DNA of 64,000 nt from Betaproteobacteria bacterium (lineage in GTDB: Bacteria; Pseudomonadota; Gammaproteobacteria; Burkholderiales; JACQAP01), in contig JBDTRK010000001.1 of NCBI GenBank assembly GCA_039931685.1, forward strand, positions 7,190 to 71,189, in the 5' to 3' direction. Below, piece after piece: positions 55,388 through 64,000 of the stretch; the first letter of the stretch is position 1; each line of letters starts with the position of its first letter. Under the pieces are notes generated by a model. The model had not been told where the DNA came from. It did no database searches and worked only from the letters and a program-made list of their open reading frames with translations. The position numbers were made by a program, and so were the translations under genes.

Positions 55388-56797
55388 CTAGCGTCCGGCC
55401 AGATACAGACGCGCTCGGGCGATGGCGGCCCGCACCTGTTTTGGTGCCGTGCCGCCGATATGATCGCGCGCGGCCAACGACCCTTCGAGCGTCAGTTTTT
55501 CGATCACGTCTGCATCCACAAGGCTGGAGAACAACTTCAATTCGTCAAGACCCAGTTGCGCGAGATCGACGCCTTTGTCTGCGGCGCACCGCACGGCGCG
55601 TGCAACGACCTCGTGGGCCTCGCGGAATGGCACGCCCTTCTTTACCAGATAATCGGCCAGGTCCGTCGCTGTGGCGTAGCCTTCCATGGCGGCACGGCGC
55701 ATCGCCTGTTTATCCACGGTGATGCCGCCCACCATGTCGGCATAAATGCGCAAAGTTGTGCTTATTGTGTCCACCGTGTCGAACAGCGGTTCCTTGTCTT
55801 CCTGATTGTCCTTGTTGTAGGCGAGCGGCTGCCCTTTCATGAGCGTGAGCAGTCCGACCAGATGACCGTTGACGCGCCCGGTCTTGCCGCGCACGAGTTC
55901 GGGAACGTCCGGATTTTTCTTCTGCGGCATCATCGACGAACCGGTGCAGAACCGGTCGGCGAGCCGGATGAATCCGAAGCGCGGGTTCATCCACAGTATC
56001 AATTCTTCGGAAAGCCGCGAAAGGTGTGTCATGACAAGCGCAGCGCAGGCACAAAATTCGATCGCGAAATCGCGATCGGACACCGCATCGAGAGAGTTTT
56101 CGCACACGCCGTCGAAGCCAAGTTCCCTTGCGACGCGCTCGCGATCGATGGCAAACGTGGTTCCGGCGAGCGCGCCTGCCCCAAGCGGAAGCCGGTTCAT
56201 TCTCTTGCGGCAATCGGCATAACGCGATGCGTCACGCGCGAGCATCTCGAAATAAGCCATCAGGTGATGCGCGAAACTGACTGGCTGCGCAACCTGCAGG
56301 TGAGTGAAGCCGGGCATCAGCGTGTCGACATGCTGTTCCGCCAGTTCCACCAACCGGCCCTGGAGCGCAGCAATCAGCTGGAGTGTCTCATCGATCGCGG
56401 CGCGCAGATAAAGCCGTATATCGGTAGCGACCTGGTCGTTGCGCGAGCGTCCGGTATGCAGGCGCTTGCCGGCATCGCCGACCAGGTCGGTCAGGCGCTT
56501 CTCGATGTTCAGGTGCACATCTTCGAGGTCGATCGACCAGGCGAATTTTCCCTGGCGGATTTCGTCGCGGATGCTCGCCATGCCGCGTTCGATGTCGGCC
56601 AGATCGACTTTGGACAGTACACCTGCCGCATGCAGCATGCGCGCGTGCGCAAGTGAGCCCCGGATGTCGAACTCAGCCAGCCGTTGGTCGAAACCGACAG
56701 ACGCCGTATAGCGTTTGACCAGTTCCGCGACCGGTTCGTCGAATCTGCCTGACCACGTCTTGCCGTCGTCGTTTGCTGGCGGTTGCTGATGTTGCAT
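55388..56797 (-). CDS. argH: Argininosuccinate lyase
   Basis: WSGRFDEP N-terminal motif and the fumarate-lyase signature [12 protein letters not shown]. Start placed at the internal ATG (MQHQQ). Confidence 0.95.
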   Translation of the reverse strand: MQHQQPPANDDGKTWSGRFDEPVAELVKRYTASVGFDQRLAEFDIRGSLAHARMLHAAGVLSKVDLADIERGMASIRDEIRQGKFAWSIDLEDVHLNIEKRLTDLVGDAGKRLHTGRSRNDQVATDIRLYLRAAIDETLQLIAALQGRLVELAEQHVDTLMPGFTHLQVAQPVSFAHHLMAYFEMLARDASRYADCRKRMNRLPLGAGALAGTTFAIDRERVARELGFDGVCENSLDAVSDRDFAIEFCACAALVMTHLSRLSEELILWMNPRFGFIRLADRFCTGSSMMPQKKNPDVPELVRGKTGRVNGHLVGLLTLMKGQPLAYNKDNQEDKEPLFDTVDTISTTLRIYADMVGGITVDKQAMRRAAMEGYATATDLADYLVKKGVPFREAHEVVARAVRCAADKGVDLAQLGLDELKLFSSLVDADVIEKLTLEGSLAARDHIGGTAPKQVRAAIARARLYLAGR

Positions 56798-56871
56798 TGG
56801 CAATCTGTCCCGTTCACAATGGAATGCGTTAAACAATTGTTTTGGCGTACGTTTCGGTACCTCCCAAACAG

Positions 56872-57885
56872 ATGACCAGTATAAATCAAAACCCCGCGAC
56901 GGCCCTGTTGCCGAATTTCCGCAACCTCGGCGTCATGCTGCGTGTGCTGGTCATCGTCATGGCGCTGACCATCATCGGGGCAATGTGGAAGTCATCCGAC
57001 TGGAGCAGTTTCATGCAGCAATGGATTTCCATCGCCGCTTTGGTGCAGCCGATCGCGATTCTGTCCGTGCTTCTGCTAGGAGCGTCAAACGCGTTGCTGC
57101 ACAAGCTCGAGTATCGTTTCGCGGTCGCGCTGATCGTTCTGGTGGAAATCGGCGTCACGCTGCTGGTACTACGCTTCGGTGCCTTGATTCTGGAATCCGA
57201 TGTTGGCGATGCCGGGCGCGATGCCTTCTTCGCTGCCGTAACGACCCTTACATTGGTGGGCTATTTCAACCTGCGCAATCGTGCCCTGTCGCCGGCGTTA
57301 TCCGAGGCCCGGTTGCAAGCGCTGCAGGCGCGCATCCGCCCGCACTTCCTGTTCAACAGCATAAACGCGGTATTGTCGCTGATACGGGCCGACCCGCGCC
57401 GCGCGGAAGCCGCGTTGGAAGACATGGCCGATTTGTTCCGTGTCTTGATGGCCGACAACCGCGACCTTGCGCCGCTCGAGAATGAAGTCGAGCTTTGCCG
57501 ACAGTATCTCGCACTCGAGCAACTGCGCCTGGGGCAGCGCCTGCGCATCGACTGGCATATCGACAAAATGCCTGCAGACGCGCTGATGCCGCCGCTGGTA
57601 TTGCAGCCGCTGCTGGAGAACGCGGTCTACCATGGCATCGAGCCGTCCGTCGAACCGGGCATAATCAGCGTCAATATTTATCACGTGCGCGACCAGGTGC
57701 ACATGGTCTTGCGCAATCCCTACCGCAAGGACGGCAGCCACCACGCCGGAAACAAGATGGCATTGGGCAATATCCGTGAACGACTGGCGCTGCATTTCGA
57801 CGCGGAAGCCAGCCTGCAGTCGCGTGTCGGCGACAACGAATACGAGGTGCACATCACCATTCCCTACGTGAAGGCTGATCAATGA
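56872..57885 (+). CDS. LytS/AlgZ(FimS)-type sensor histidine kinase
   Basis: Four N-terminal TM segments, His_kinase motif [14 protein letters not shown], ATPase N-box [12 protein letters not shown]. Divergent from argH, as in the Pseudomonas argH-fimS-algR arrangement. An alternative TTG start lies at 56842. Confidence 0.85.
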   Translation: MTSINQNPATALLPNFRNLGVMLRVLVIVMALTIIGAMWKSSDWSSFMQQWISIAALVQPIAILSVLLLGASNALLHKLEYRFAVALIVLVEIGVTLLVLRFGALILESDVGDAGRDAFFAAVTTLTLVGYFNLRNRALSPALSEARLQALQARIRPHFLFNSINAVLSLIRADPRRAEAALEDMADLFRVLMADNRDLAPLENEVELCRQYLALEQLRLGQRLRIDWHIDKMPADALMPPLVLQPLLENAVYHGIEPSVEPGIISVNIYHVRDQVHMVLRNPYRKDGSHHAGNKMALGNIRERLALHFDAEASLQSRVGDNEYEVHITIPYVKADQ

Positions 57886-58655
57886 CGGACCATCCGCAGG
57901 CGCTCAGAGTCGTCATCGCGGACGACGAAGCGCCGGCACGTAGCCGGATACGTGATCTGCTGGAGGACTGCGCCAGCAGTTTTCCGATCGAGCTCGTCGG
58001 GGAAGCGGGGAATGGACGCGAGTTGCTCACGCTGCTCGCGCAGACGCCTGCGGACGTGGTGCTGCTCGATATCCGAATGCCTGAGATGGACGGCCTGGAA
58101 GCGGCTCAACATCTGTTGAAACTGGCGGATCCGCCCTCGGTGATCTTTACTACTGCATATGATGACTATGCGCTAAAGGCGTTCGAACTGCATGCGGTGG
58201 ATTACCTGGTCAAGCCGATCCGGTTGCGTCGGCTTCACGATGCGCTGACGCGGGCGCGCGCGATCACACCGCTGCGACTGGACGTGCTGCAGAGAATCGC
58301 GCCGGAGCCGCGCAAGCATCTTTCGGTACAGGAACGGGGTAAGGTCCTGCTGATCCCCGTGCCCGACATCCGCTACCTGCGTGCCGAACTCAAATACGTG
58401 ACCGTGCGTACGGCTACCCGGGAGCACCTCGTGGAAGAATCGCTATCTCGCCTCGAGCAGGAATTTGCGGATCAGTTCGTGCGCATTCATCGCAGCTGCC
58501 TTGTGGCGAAGGCGCACATCGTCGGCTTCGAGAAAGAGGCTGCGGAACCGGGCGAATCGCGCTGGACCGTGATACTGCAGGGGTTGGACGAGAAGCTGCC
58601 CGTGAGCCGGCGTCAGCAGCACATCGTCAAGGCGCTCGGCAGACATCTGGCCTGA
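57882..58655 (+). CDS. LytTR-family response regulator (AlgR-like)
   Basis: Receiver domain (VVLLDIRMPEMDG) plus a C-terminal LytTR DNA-binding domain (FVRIHRSCLV). Overlaps the kinase stop by 4 nt. Confidence 0.9.
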   Translation: MTDHPQALRVVIADDEAPARSRIRDLLEDCASSFPIELVGEAGNGRELLTLLAQTPADVVLLDIRMPEMDGLEAAQHLLKLADPPSVIFTTAYDDYALKAFELHAVDYLVKPIRLRRLHDALTRARAITPLRLDVLQRIAPEPRKHLSVQERGKVLLIPVPDIRYLRAELKYVTVRTATREHLVEESLSRLEQEFADQFVRIHRSCLVAKAHIVGFEKEAAEPGESRWTVILQGLDEKLPVSRRQQHIVKALGRHLA

Positions 58656-58806
58656 TCAGCATAAGACCAGCTTCACTGTTCAGACCGGAGGGACGATTTT
58701 TTATGGACCCGGTCCGCAGCAGGCTGGCCGATAAAGCTGTGGCGAATTTGGCCTATCATTTGCCAAATCTTTATTGAATCTATTGCGACCGGAAAGGAAG
58801 GTAAAA

Positions 58807-59277
58807 GTGGCTGCAAATCTTGGCATCAAGGAAAAGGACCGTGTCAAAGTCGTCGAAGGCCTGTCGAAGCTGCTCGCCGACACGTATACGCTTTATCTGA
58901 AAACGCATAATTTCCACTGGAATGTGACCGGTCCGATGTTCCAGACTCTGCATCTGATGTTCCAGACGCAATACACCGAAATGTGGACCAGCATCGATCT
59001 GATCGCCGAGCGTATCCGCTCCCTCGATGCGCCGGCACCAGGTACTTATGCGCAGTTTTCGAAGCTGGCGTCCATTCGCGAAACGCTCGGCGTGCCGAAG
59101 GCGCAGGACATGATCAGGATATTGCTGGAAGGCCATGAGGCAGTTACCCGCACGGCGCGCAAGGCCTTCCCCGCCGCCGAAAAAGCCGGCGATCAACCCA
59201 CCATGGACCTTCTCACGCAACGCATGGAAGTACATGAAAAGACCGCGTGGATGCTGCGCAGTCTGCTGGAGAAGTGA
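58807..59277 (+). CDS. dps: Dps (DNA starvation/stationary-phase protection protein)
   Basis: [27 protein letters not shown] ferroxidase-site pattern. GTG start behind AGGAAGG. The ORF-track TTG start at 58774 is less likely. Confidence 0.9.
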   Translation: MAANLGIKEKDRVKVVEGLSKLLADTYTLYLKTHNFHWNVTGPMFQTLHLMFQTQYTEMWTSIDLIAERIRSLDAPAPGTYAQFSKLASIRETLGVPKAQDMIRILLEGHEAVTRTARKAFPAAEKAGDQPTMDLLTQRMEVHEKTAWMLRSLLEK

Positions 59278-59309
59278 TTTTTAGCGGACTATCGAGCAGG
59301 CGCGTTGAA

Positions 59310-59795
59310 ATGGGGCAAAGCGGATTCACCCTGATCGAGCTCGTGTTGGTGATCGTTATCATCGCGATTCTCAGCGGTGTGGCATCGGCTCGCTACAGTG
59401 ACCTGTCTAAACAAGCGTACCGTCAGAGCGTCGCCGCCACGGCGGTAGCCTTTGCGGCGGGTGTCAATCTGGTGCAGATGAAATATCGGGCGCGCGGACT
59501 CTCCGGTAACCAGGCCAATGTCACTGGAGCGCCGGGTGCCGATATCGACGTGAACGTATTTGGTTGGCCGACCGACACATCGGGAGTGTTTACGGTTAAT
59601 GCTGCGCGCTGCCAGAGAATCTGGAACTGGCTGTTGGTCGGAGCGCCCACGACGCAGACGGCCGCGGCGGGAACCGCAAGCTATCGGGTCACGGTGGCCG
59701 CGCCGGTCTGTACCTACACTTACTTGCGCGACACCGTGGTTCGCAGCATTGCCTACAACTCCAATAGCGGAATTGTGACGACGACGAATCCATAG
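59310..59795 (+). CDS. Prepilin-type N-terminal cleavage/methylation domain protein (type IV pilin or pseudopilin), orphan
   Basis: MGQSGFTLIELVLVIVIIAILS class III signal sequence with G-F cleavage context and Glu at +5. Two Cys in the C-terminal half. Confidence 0.8.
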   Translation: MGQSGFTLIELVLVIVIIAILSGVASARYSDLSKQAYRQSVAATAVAFAAGVNLVQMKYRARGLSGNQANVTGAPGADIDVNVFGWPTDTSGVFTVNAARCQRIWNWLLVGAPTTQTAAAGTASYRVTVAAPVCTYTYLRDTVVRSIAYNSNSGIVTTTNP

Positions 59796-59857
59796 GAATT
59801 GCTGCAGGAGTCGCATGTTAGAATTTTCACTGCGTCAGTTCGCGCGCCCCGAGTGAT

Positions 59858-60832
59858 TTGAGGAAGTCTGTTTTTTTACCGGCCCGCCTGTTCCCCGTGA
59901 TCCAGAGCATAGTCATCGCCACCCGCGAAAGCGCGCTTGCCATGTGGCAGGCCCGTCATATCGAGACTCGATTGCAGGCGCTCTATCCGATCGTGCAGAC
60001 GCGCCTGCTTGGCATGACGACAGAGGGCGACCGCGTTATTGGCACCTCGCTGGCCAAAATTGGCGGCAAGGGGCTGTTCGTCAAGGAACTCGAAATGGCA
60101 CTCGAGTCCGGGCAGGCGGACATCGCGGTACACTCGATGAAGGACGTGCCGATGAATTTGTCGGCTGGATTCAGCATCGCCGCGATTACCGAGCGGGAGG
60201 ATCCGCGGGACGCGTTCGTGTCCAGGGATTTTCGCGACTTGGAGAGCCTGCCGCCCGGCAGCGTGATTGGCACCTCAAGCCTCAGGCGGGAGAGTCAGTT
60301 GCGCGCGCGCTACCCGCAGTTTCGCGTCGAACCACTGCGCGGGAACGTACAGACGCGGCTGCGCAAACTGGATGAAGGCAGGTACGCCGCCATCATTCTT
60401 GCCGCCGCCGGGCTCAAACGCCTCGGGCTATCCGGGCGGATCACCTGCATTCTTGAGCCGGCATCCAGTCTGCCCGCGGTTGGACAAGGCGCACTCGGAA
60501 TCGAGTGTCTTTCCGGGCGTAGCGATATCATCAAGGCACTGGCGCCGCTGGACGACCCGGATACTCGCTGGTGCGTGGAAGCGGAGCGTGCATTGAGCCG
60601 CGCATTGGCTGGCAGTTGCCAGGTCCCGCTGGGCGCGTTCGCCGAGGTCAGCGGAAGCAGCGTACGCTTGCGCGGGTTTGTCGCCCGTGCCGACGGCAGC
60701 CGCATGGTTTATGACGAGATAACGGCACCGCGTTCGGGCATGCCGCAGGATCTTGGCAATGATGTGGCGCAGCGACTGATCGCAAAGGGTGCCCGTGAGA
60801 TACTGGCGGACCTGGACGGAGAAGGCGGATGA
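59858..60832 (+). CDS. hemC: Porphobilinogen deaminase (hydroxymethylbilane synthase)
   Basis: IATRESALAMWQA N-terminal motif and a dipyrromethane cofactor Cys region (GSCQVPLGAFA). Start uncertain: TTG at 59858 or GTG at 59897. Confidence 0.92.
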   Translation: MRKSVFLPARLFPVIQSIVIATRESALAMWQARHIETRLQALYPIVQTRLLGMTTEGDRVIGTSLAKIGGKGLFVKELEMALESGQADIAVHSMKDVPMNLSAGFSIAAITEREDPRDAFVSRDFRDLESLPPGSVIGTSSLRRESQLRARYPQFRVEPLRGNVQTRLRKLDEGRYAAIILAAAGLKRLGLSGRITCILEPASSLPAVGQGALGIECLSGRSDIIKALAPLDDPDTRWCVEAERALSRALAGSCQVPLGAFAEVSGSSVRLRGFVARADGSRMVYDEITAPRSGMPQDLGNDVAQRLIAKGAREILADLDGEGG

Positions 60833-61596
60833 AAGCCCGACTGGACGGCGTGAAAATTCTGGTGACGAGGCCGTCAGGGCAATCCGCGGAGCTGGTCCGG
60901 CTCATCAGTGCAGCAGGTGGTGAACCCGTCTTGTTCCCCGCGCTGGAGATAGAAGCGCTGGCGGCGGCTGCACCCGCGCTCGATCATCTGGCGCACTTCG
61001 ATCTGGTGGTTTTCGTCAGTCCCAACGCGGTGCGCACAGGCATGCCGCATATCCTGAAAAAGGGTGGCCTGCCGGCCGAAGCAAAGATTGCCGCAATGGG
61101 GCCGGGAACTGCAGCCGAATTGAAAAAATTCCGAGTGGGCGACATCATCTTGCCGCGGAACGGCTTCGACAGCGAGGCTTTGATCGACGAACTCTCTATT
61201 CTGCCGCTGCGTAGCCAACACGCCCTCATAGTACGCGGCCAGGGCGGGCGCGAGTTGCTGGGTGAAACGCTGGCGCTGCAAGGAGCCAGGGTGGATTATC
61301 TCGAATGCTATCGCCGCGTAAAGCCTGATCGTGATATGCGGGAGTTGATGTCACGGCAGGTTGGCGAGGGCAAGAATGCTTGCATGGCGACCAGCGCGAA
61401 TATCGTCGAAAATCTGTTTGAAATGGCCGGCGCGGCGGGCCGCGCATGGCTGTGCGCCATGCCGTTCTTCGTTTCCCATCCGCGGGTCGCGTCGGCGGCA
61501 TTTTGCCGGGGAGTGCAGGCGGTGTTCGTTGCAGGCAGCGGAGATGACGCGCTCATGGCGGGAATGCTGACCTGGTTCGCGCGCGTCACGCCATGA
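60829..61596 (+). CDS. hemD: Uroporphyrinogen-III synthase
   Basis: 255 aa. HemD-like two-lobe pattern. Overlaps the hemC stop by 4 nt. Confidence 0.88.
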   Translation: MKARLDGVKILVTRPSGQSAELVRLISAAGGEPVLFPALEIEALAAAAPALDHLAHFDLVVFVSPNAVRTGMPHILKKGGLPAEAKIAAMGPGTAAELKKFRVGDIILPRNGFDSEALIDELSILPLRSQHALIVRGQGGRELLGETLALQGARVDYLECYRRVKPDRDMRELMSRQVGEGKNACMATSANIVENLFEMAGAAGRAWLCAMPFFVSHPRVASAAFCRGVQAVFVAGSGDDALMAGMLTWFARVTP

Positions 61597-61624
61597 GGTG
61601 TAGCAATTCCAGTGTGAGGCGGGG

Positions 61625-62662
61625 ATGAACACGCAATCCGATGACAATCATGTGGCGACAGCTGCGCCGCCGCGCCGCCTGCCGTTAGCGGCGCTGGCCT
61701 TGTTGCTGTCGCTGGCTGCGGTCGCACTTGCCGGCTGGCAGTGGTTCGATTCGCGCCGCAGTTTCGGCGCGATCGAGCAGGAGGTGGCGAAGCGCCTTGG
61801 CGAACTCGACGCCATGAGCCGCGGTACTTACGCACTGGCCGCACAGTCACGTGACAGCATAAGCGACGTAAACGCGCGACTCGGGCAGCTCGAGGCGCGC
61901 ATGGTTGAGACGCAGAACCAGCGGCTCGCTCTTGAGTCGCTGTATCGCGACTTGTCTCGCAGCCGCGACGAATGGACTCTGGCCGAGGTCGAACAGGTAC
62001 TGCTGATCGCCAACCAGCAACTGCAGCTTGCCGGCAACGTAAAGGCTGCGCTTATCGCACTGGAGACGGCGGATGCCCGGCTAGCGCGCATGGACCGACC
62101 GCAACTTACGTCCTTGCGCCGTGTAATCAACCAGGATATGGACCGGCTCAGGGCGGCACCTTATGTCGATATCGTGGGCATGGCGCTGCGCCTCGACAAC
62201 GTCATGAATCAGGTGGACACGCTGTCTCTGGCGATGGAGCAGCGGCCGGCGCGACCTGCTCCCGACTCCGAGTCGCCGGTCTCCGGCATCTGGCAACGGT
62301 TGTGGAGCGAGGCAAAGCGCGACTTGCGCGATCTGATCCGCGTCGAGAACATGGAGAAGCCGGCTGTGCCTCTACTGTCGCCGGACCAGGCGTTTTTCCT
62401 GCGCGAGAACCTGAAGTTGCGTCTGCTTGGTGCGCGGTTGTCGCTGCTGGCGCACGACGAGACCAGCTTCCGTGCGGACCTAAAGGCGGCGGCTGATTGG
62501 CTGGCTCGCTATTATGACGGCGCCAACAAGTCCGTAGGATCGGCACAGTCTGCGCTCAAACAACTGCTCCAGACCGACATCGGCGGGCAACTGCCGGATA
62601 TTTCCGCGAGCCTGGATGCCGCTCGCAATTTCAAACTGGTGCGCGAGCGCACGCTGCGCTGA
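61625..62662 (+). CDS. hemX: HemX-family membrane protein (annotated elsewhere as putative uroporphyrinogen-III C-methyltransferase)
   Basis: N-terminal TM helix followed by a long coiled-coil-like region. Position between hemD and hemY. Confidence 0.85.
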   Translation: MNTQSDDNHVATAAPPRRLPLAALALLLSLAAVALAGWQWFDSRRSFGAIEQEVAKRLGELDAMSRGTYALAAQSRDSISDVNARLGQLEARMVETQNQRLALESLYRDLSRSRDEWTLAEVEQVLLIANQQLQLAGNVKAALIALETADARLARMDRPQLTSLRRVINQDMDRLRAAPYVDIVGMALRLDNVMNQVDTLSLAMEQRPARPAPDSESPVSGIWQRLWSEAKRDLRDLIRVENMEKPAVPLLSPDQAFFLRENLKLRLLGARLSLLAHDETSFRADLKAAADWLARYYDGANKSVGSAQSALKQLLQTDIGGQLPDISASLDAARNFKLVRERTLR

Positions 62663-62694
62663 CCGATGGGCTTCGATCGCGGCGAGGTGATCTG

Positions 62695-63903
62695 ATGCGA
62701 GCCCTCTTATGGGTGCTTGGCCTGTTTGCGGTCGCGGTTGGGCTGGTCATCGCCGCGCGGTACAACAACGGATACGTCCTGGTGGTAGTACCGCCATGGC
62801 GTGCCGAACTTTCCCTCAATCTCTCCATCATCCTGGCAGGTGGCGCGCTCCTGCTGGTCTATGCGTTGGTGCGGATGATGGTGTTTACGGTGACCATGCC
62901 GGCTCGGGTACGGGCATTCCAGAGGCGACGCACCGAAAGCCGTGCCAGGGCGATGTTCAAGGAAGCACTTGTAAATTTCTTCGAAGGCCGGTTCGGACGC
63001 GCGGAGAAGGCGGCCGCAGCAGCGCTTAAGGCAGGAGAGTCTCCCGCACTTTCGGCAATGCTTGCGGCACGGGCTGCGCACGGGCTGCGCGACTACGCGA
63101 CGCGCGACAGATACTTCGCAAAATCCGCCGGCGCGGATACCCGGGAGGATGCCATGAGACTGATGGCGCAGGCTGAGATGCTGCTCGACGAGCGCCGTTA
63201 TTATGACGCGCTGGACGTCCTCAGGAAACTGCCCGAGAAACATACTGCCGCTTTGCGCCTGGAACTGCGGGCACAACAGATGGCAATGAACTGGGAACGC
63301 GTACTGGCGTTGATTCCGCAACTGGAAAAGCGCCGAGTGCTTGAGCGTCCGGTCGTGGCCCAGTTGCGCCGCCAGGCCATAATCGAAAGCATCAAACGCA
63401 AGGCGGTCGACGGAAAATCGCTGCACGACTATTGGGACCGGCTGTCAGCCGACGATAAATCCGATGCGCGCACCGCCGCGACAGCGGCGCAGTCCTTCAT
63501 CGCGCTGGGTGGCTGCGAGGATGCCCACCGGATCGTTGAGCAAGGGCTCGAACGCCAGTGGGATCCGGCGCTGCTCGCGTTGTACTCCGAGTGCCTCGGC
63601 ACGGATGTCAGACAGCAGCTGGAGCGGGCGGAAAAATGGCTGGAAACGTATCCGCGTGATGCGGTGCTGCTGCTGACCCTCGGCCGGCTTTGCGCGCATC
63701 AGGGATTGTGGGGCAAGGCGCGAAGTTTTCTCGAGGCCAGCTTGTCGATCGAGCCGACACACTCCGCGCATCTTGAGATCGGTCGACTACTCGAGCGTGA
63801 CGGCAAGCCCGCGGAGGCCGCAGCCGAGTATCAGAAGGCGTTGCAAGTCACGCTTGAACAATTGAAACAGTACGGCGGGGGTCGCAGAAGGCCCCTGGTT
63901 TGA
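62695..63903 (+). CDS. hemY: HemY-family protein (membrane anchor plus TPR)
   Basis: Two N-terminal TM helices and a TPR-like C-terminal region. Last gene of the hemCDXY block. Confidence 0.88.
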   Translation: MRALLWVLGLFAVAVGLVIAARYNNGYVLVVVPPWRAELSLNLSIILAGGALLLVYALVRMMVFTVTMPARVRAFQRRRTESRARAMFKEALVNFFEGRFGRAEKAAAAALKAGESPALSAMLAARAAHGLRDYATRDRYFAKSAGADTREDAMRLMAQAEMLLDERRYYDALDVLRKLPEKHTAALRLELRAQQMAMNWERVLALIPQLEKRRVLERPVVAQLRRQAIIESIKRKAVDGKSLHDYWDRLSADDKSDARTAATAAQSFIALGGCEDAHRIVEQGLERQWDPALLALYSECLGTDVRQQLERAEKWLETYPRDAVLLLTLGRLCAHQGLWGKARSFLEASLSIEPTHSAHLEIGRLLERDGKPAEAAAEYQKALQVTLEQLKQYGGGRRRPLV

Positions 63904-64000
63904 CGCCGCGCACTGTTAGTGCGCGCATGCCAGCCCGGCGCCAAATCGGAAGTAAAGCTCAACTTCTTGAGTTGCCGGCAAAAATGGGCTGGTTGCAGCC

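Overview
High-GC (roughly 60%) proteobacterial chromosomal core segment. Gene content and order look most like a betaproteobacterium. Two blocks also match Pseudomonas synteny: pilQ-aroK-aroB-(dGTPase-like)-gltBD-hemE-priA-argS-SPOR-dsbA, and argH-algZ/algR-like-hemCDXY. I call about 57 CDS, nearly all housekeeping: shikimate, glutamate synthase, heme biosynthesis, glmSU, bioA, groESL, prfA/prmC, argS/argH. Transporters include an MFS protein, a TRAP system, FeoAB, a HAAT-type ABC system and an RND/MFP pair. I saw no CRISPR array, transposase, integrase or phage gene. Five things deserve a second look. (1) The tRNA-Phe locus (30.59-31.04 kb) holds one intact tRNA-Phe(GAA) surrounded by tRNA debris. 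Upstream is a perfect 38-nt 5' half, then a 68-nt insert in the anticodon loop, and the T-loop is precisely missing. Downstream is a 21-bp perfect repeat of the tRNA 3' end, only 40 bp away. (2) A same-strand accessory block lies between grxD and dsbB (38.0-44.8 kb). It holds a frameshifted RND pump with its adaptor downstream, a three-ORF cobalt-type nitrile hydratase / thiocyanate hydrolase-like enzyme with a split beta subunit and a His/Asp-rich alpha N-terminus, and a bare Hanks-type kinase. (3) The MFS transporter carries an ~85-aa periplasmic insert with a glutaredoxin-like motif. (4) groESL has both a sigma32-like promoter and a CIRCE operator. (5) dps and an orphan prepilin gene sit between the algR-like regulator and hemC. 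I found no clear-cut wholly novel multi-gene system. All functional calls come from motif recognition in the supplied translations, not from database searches.
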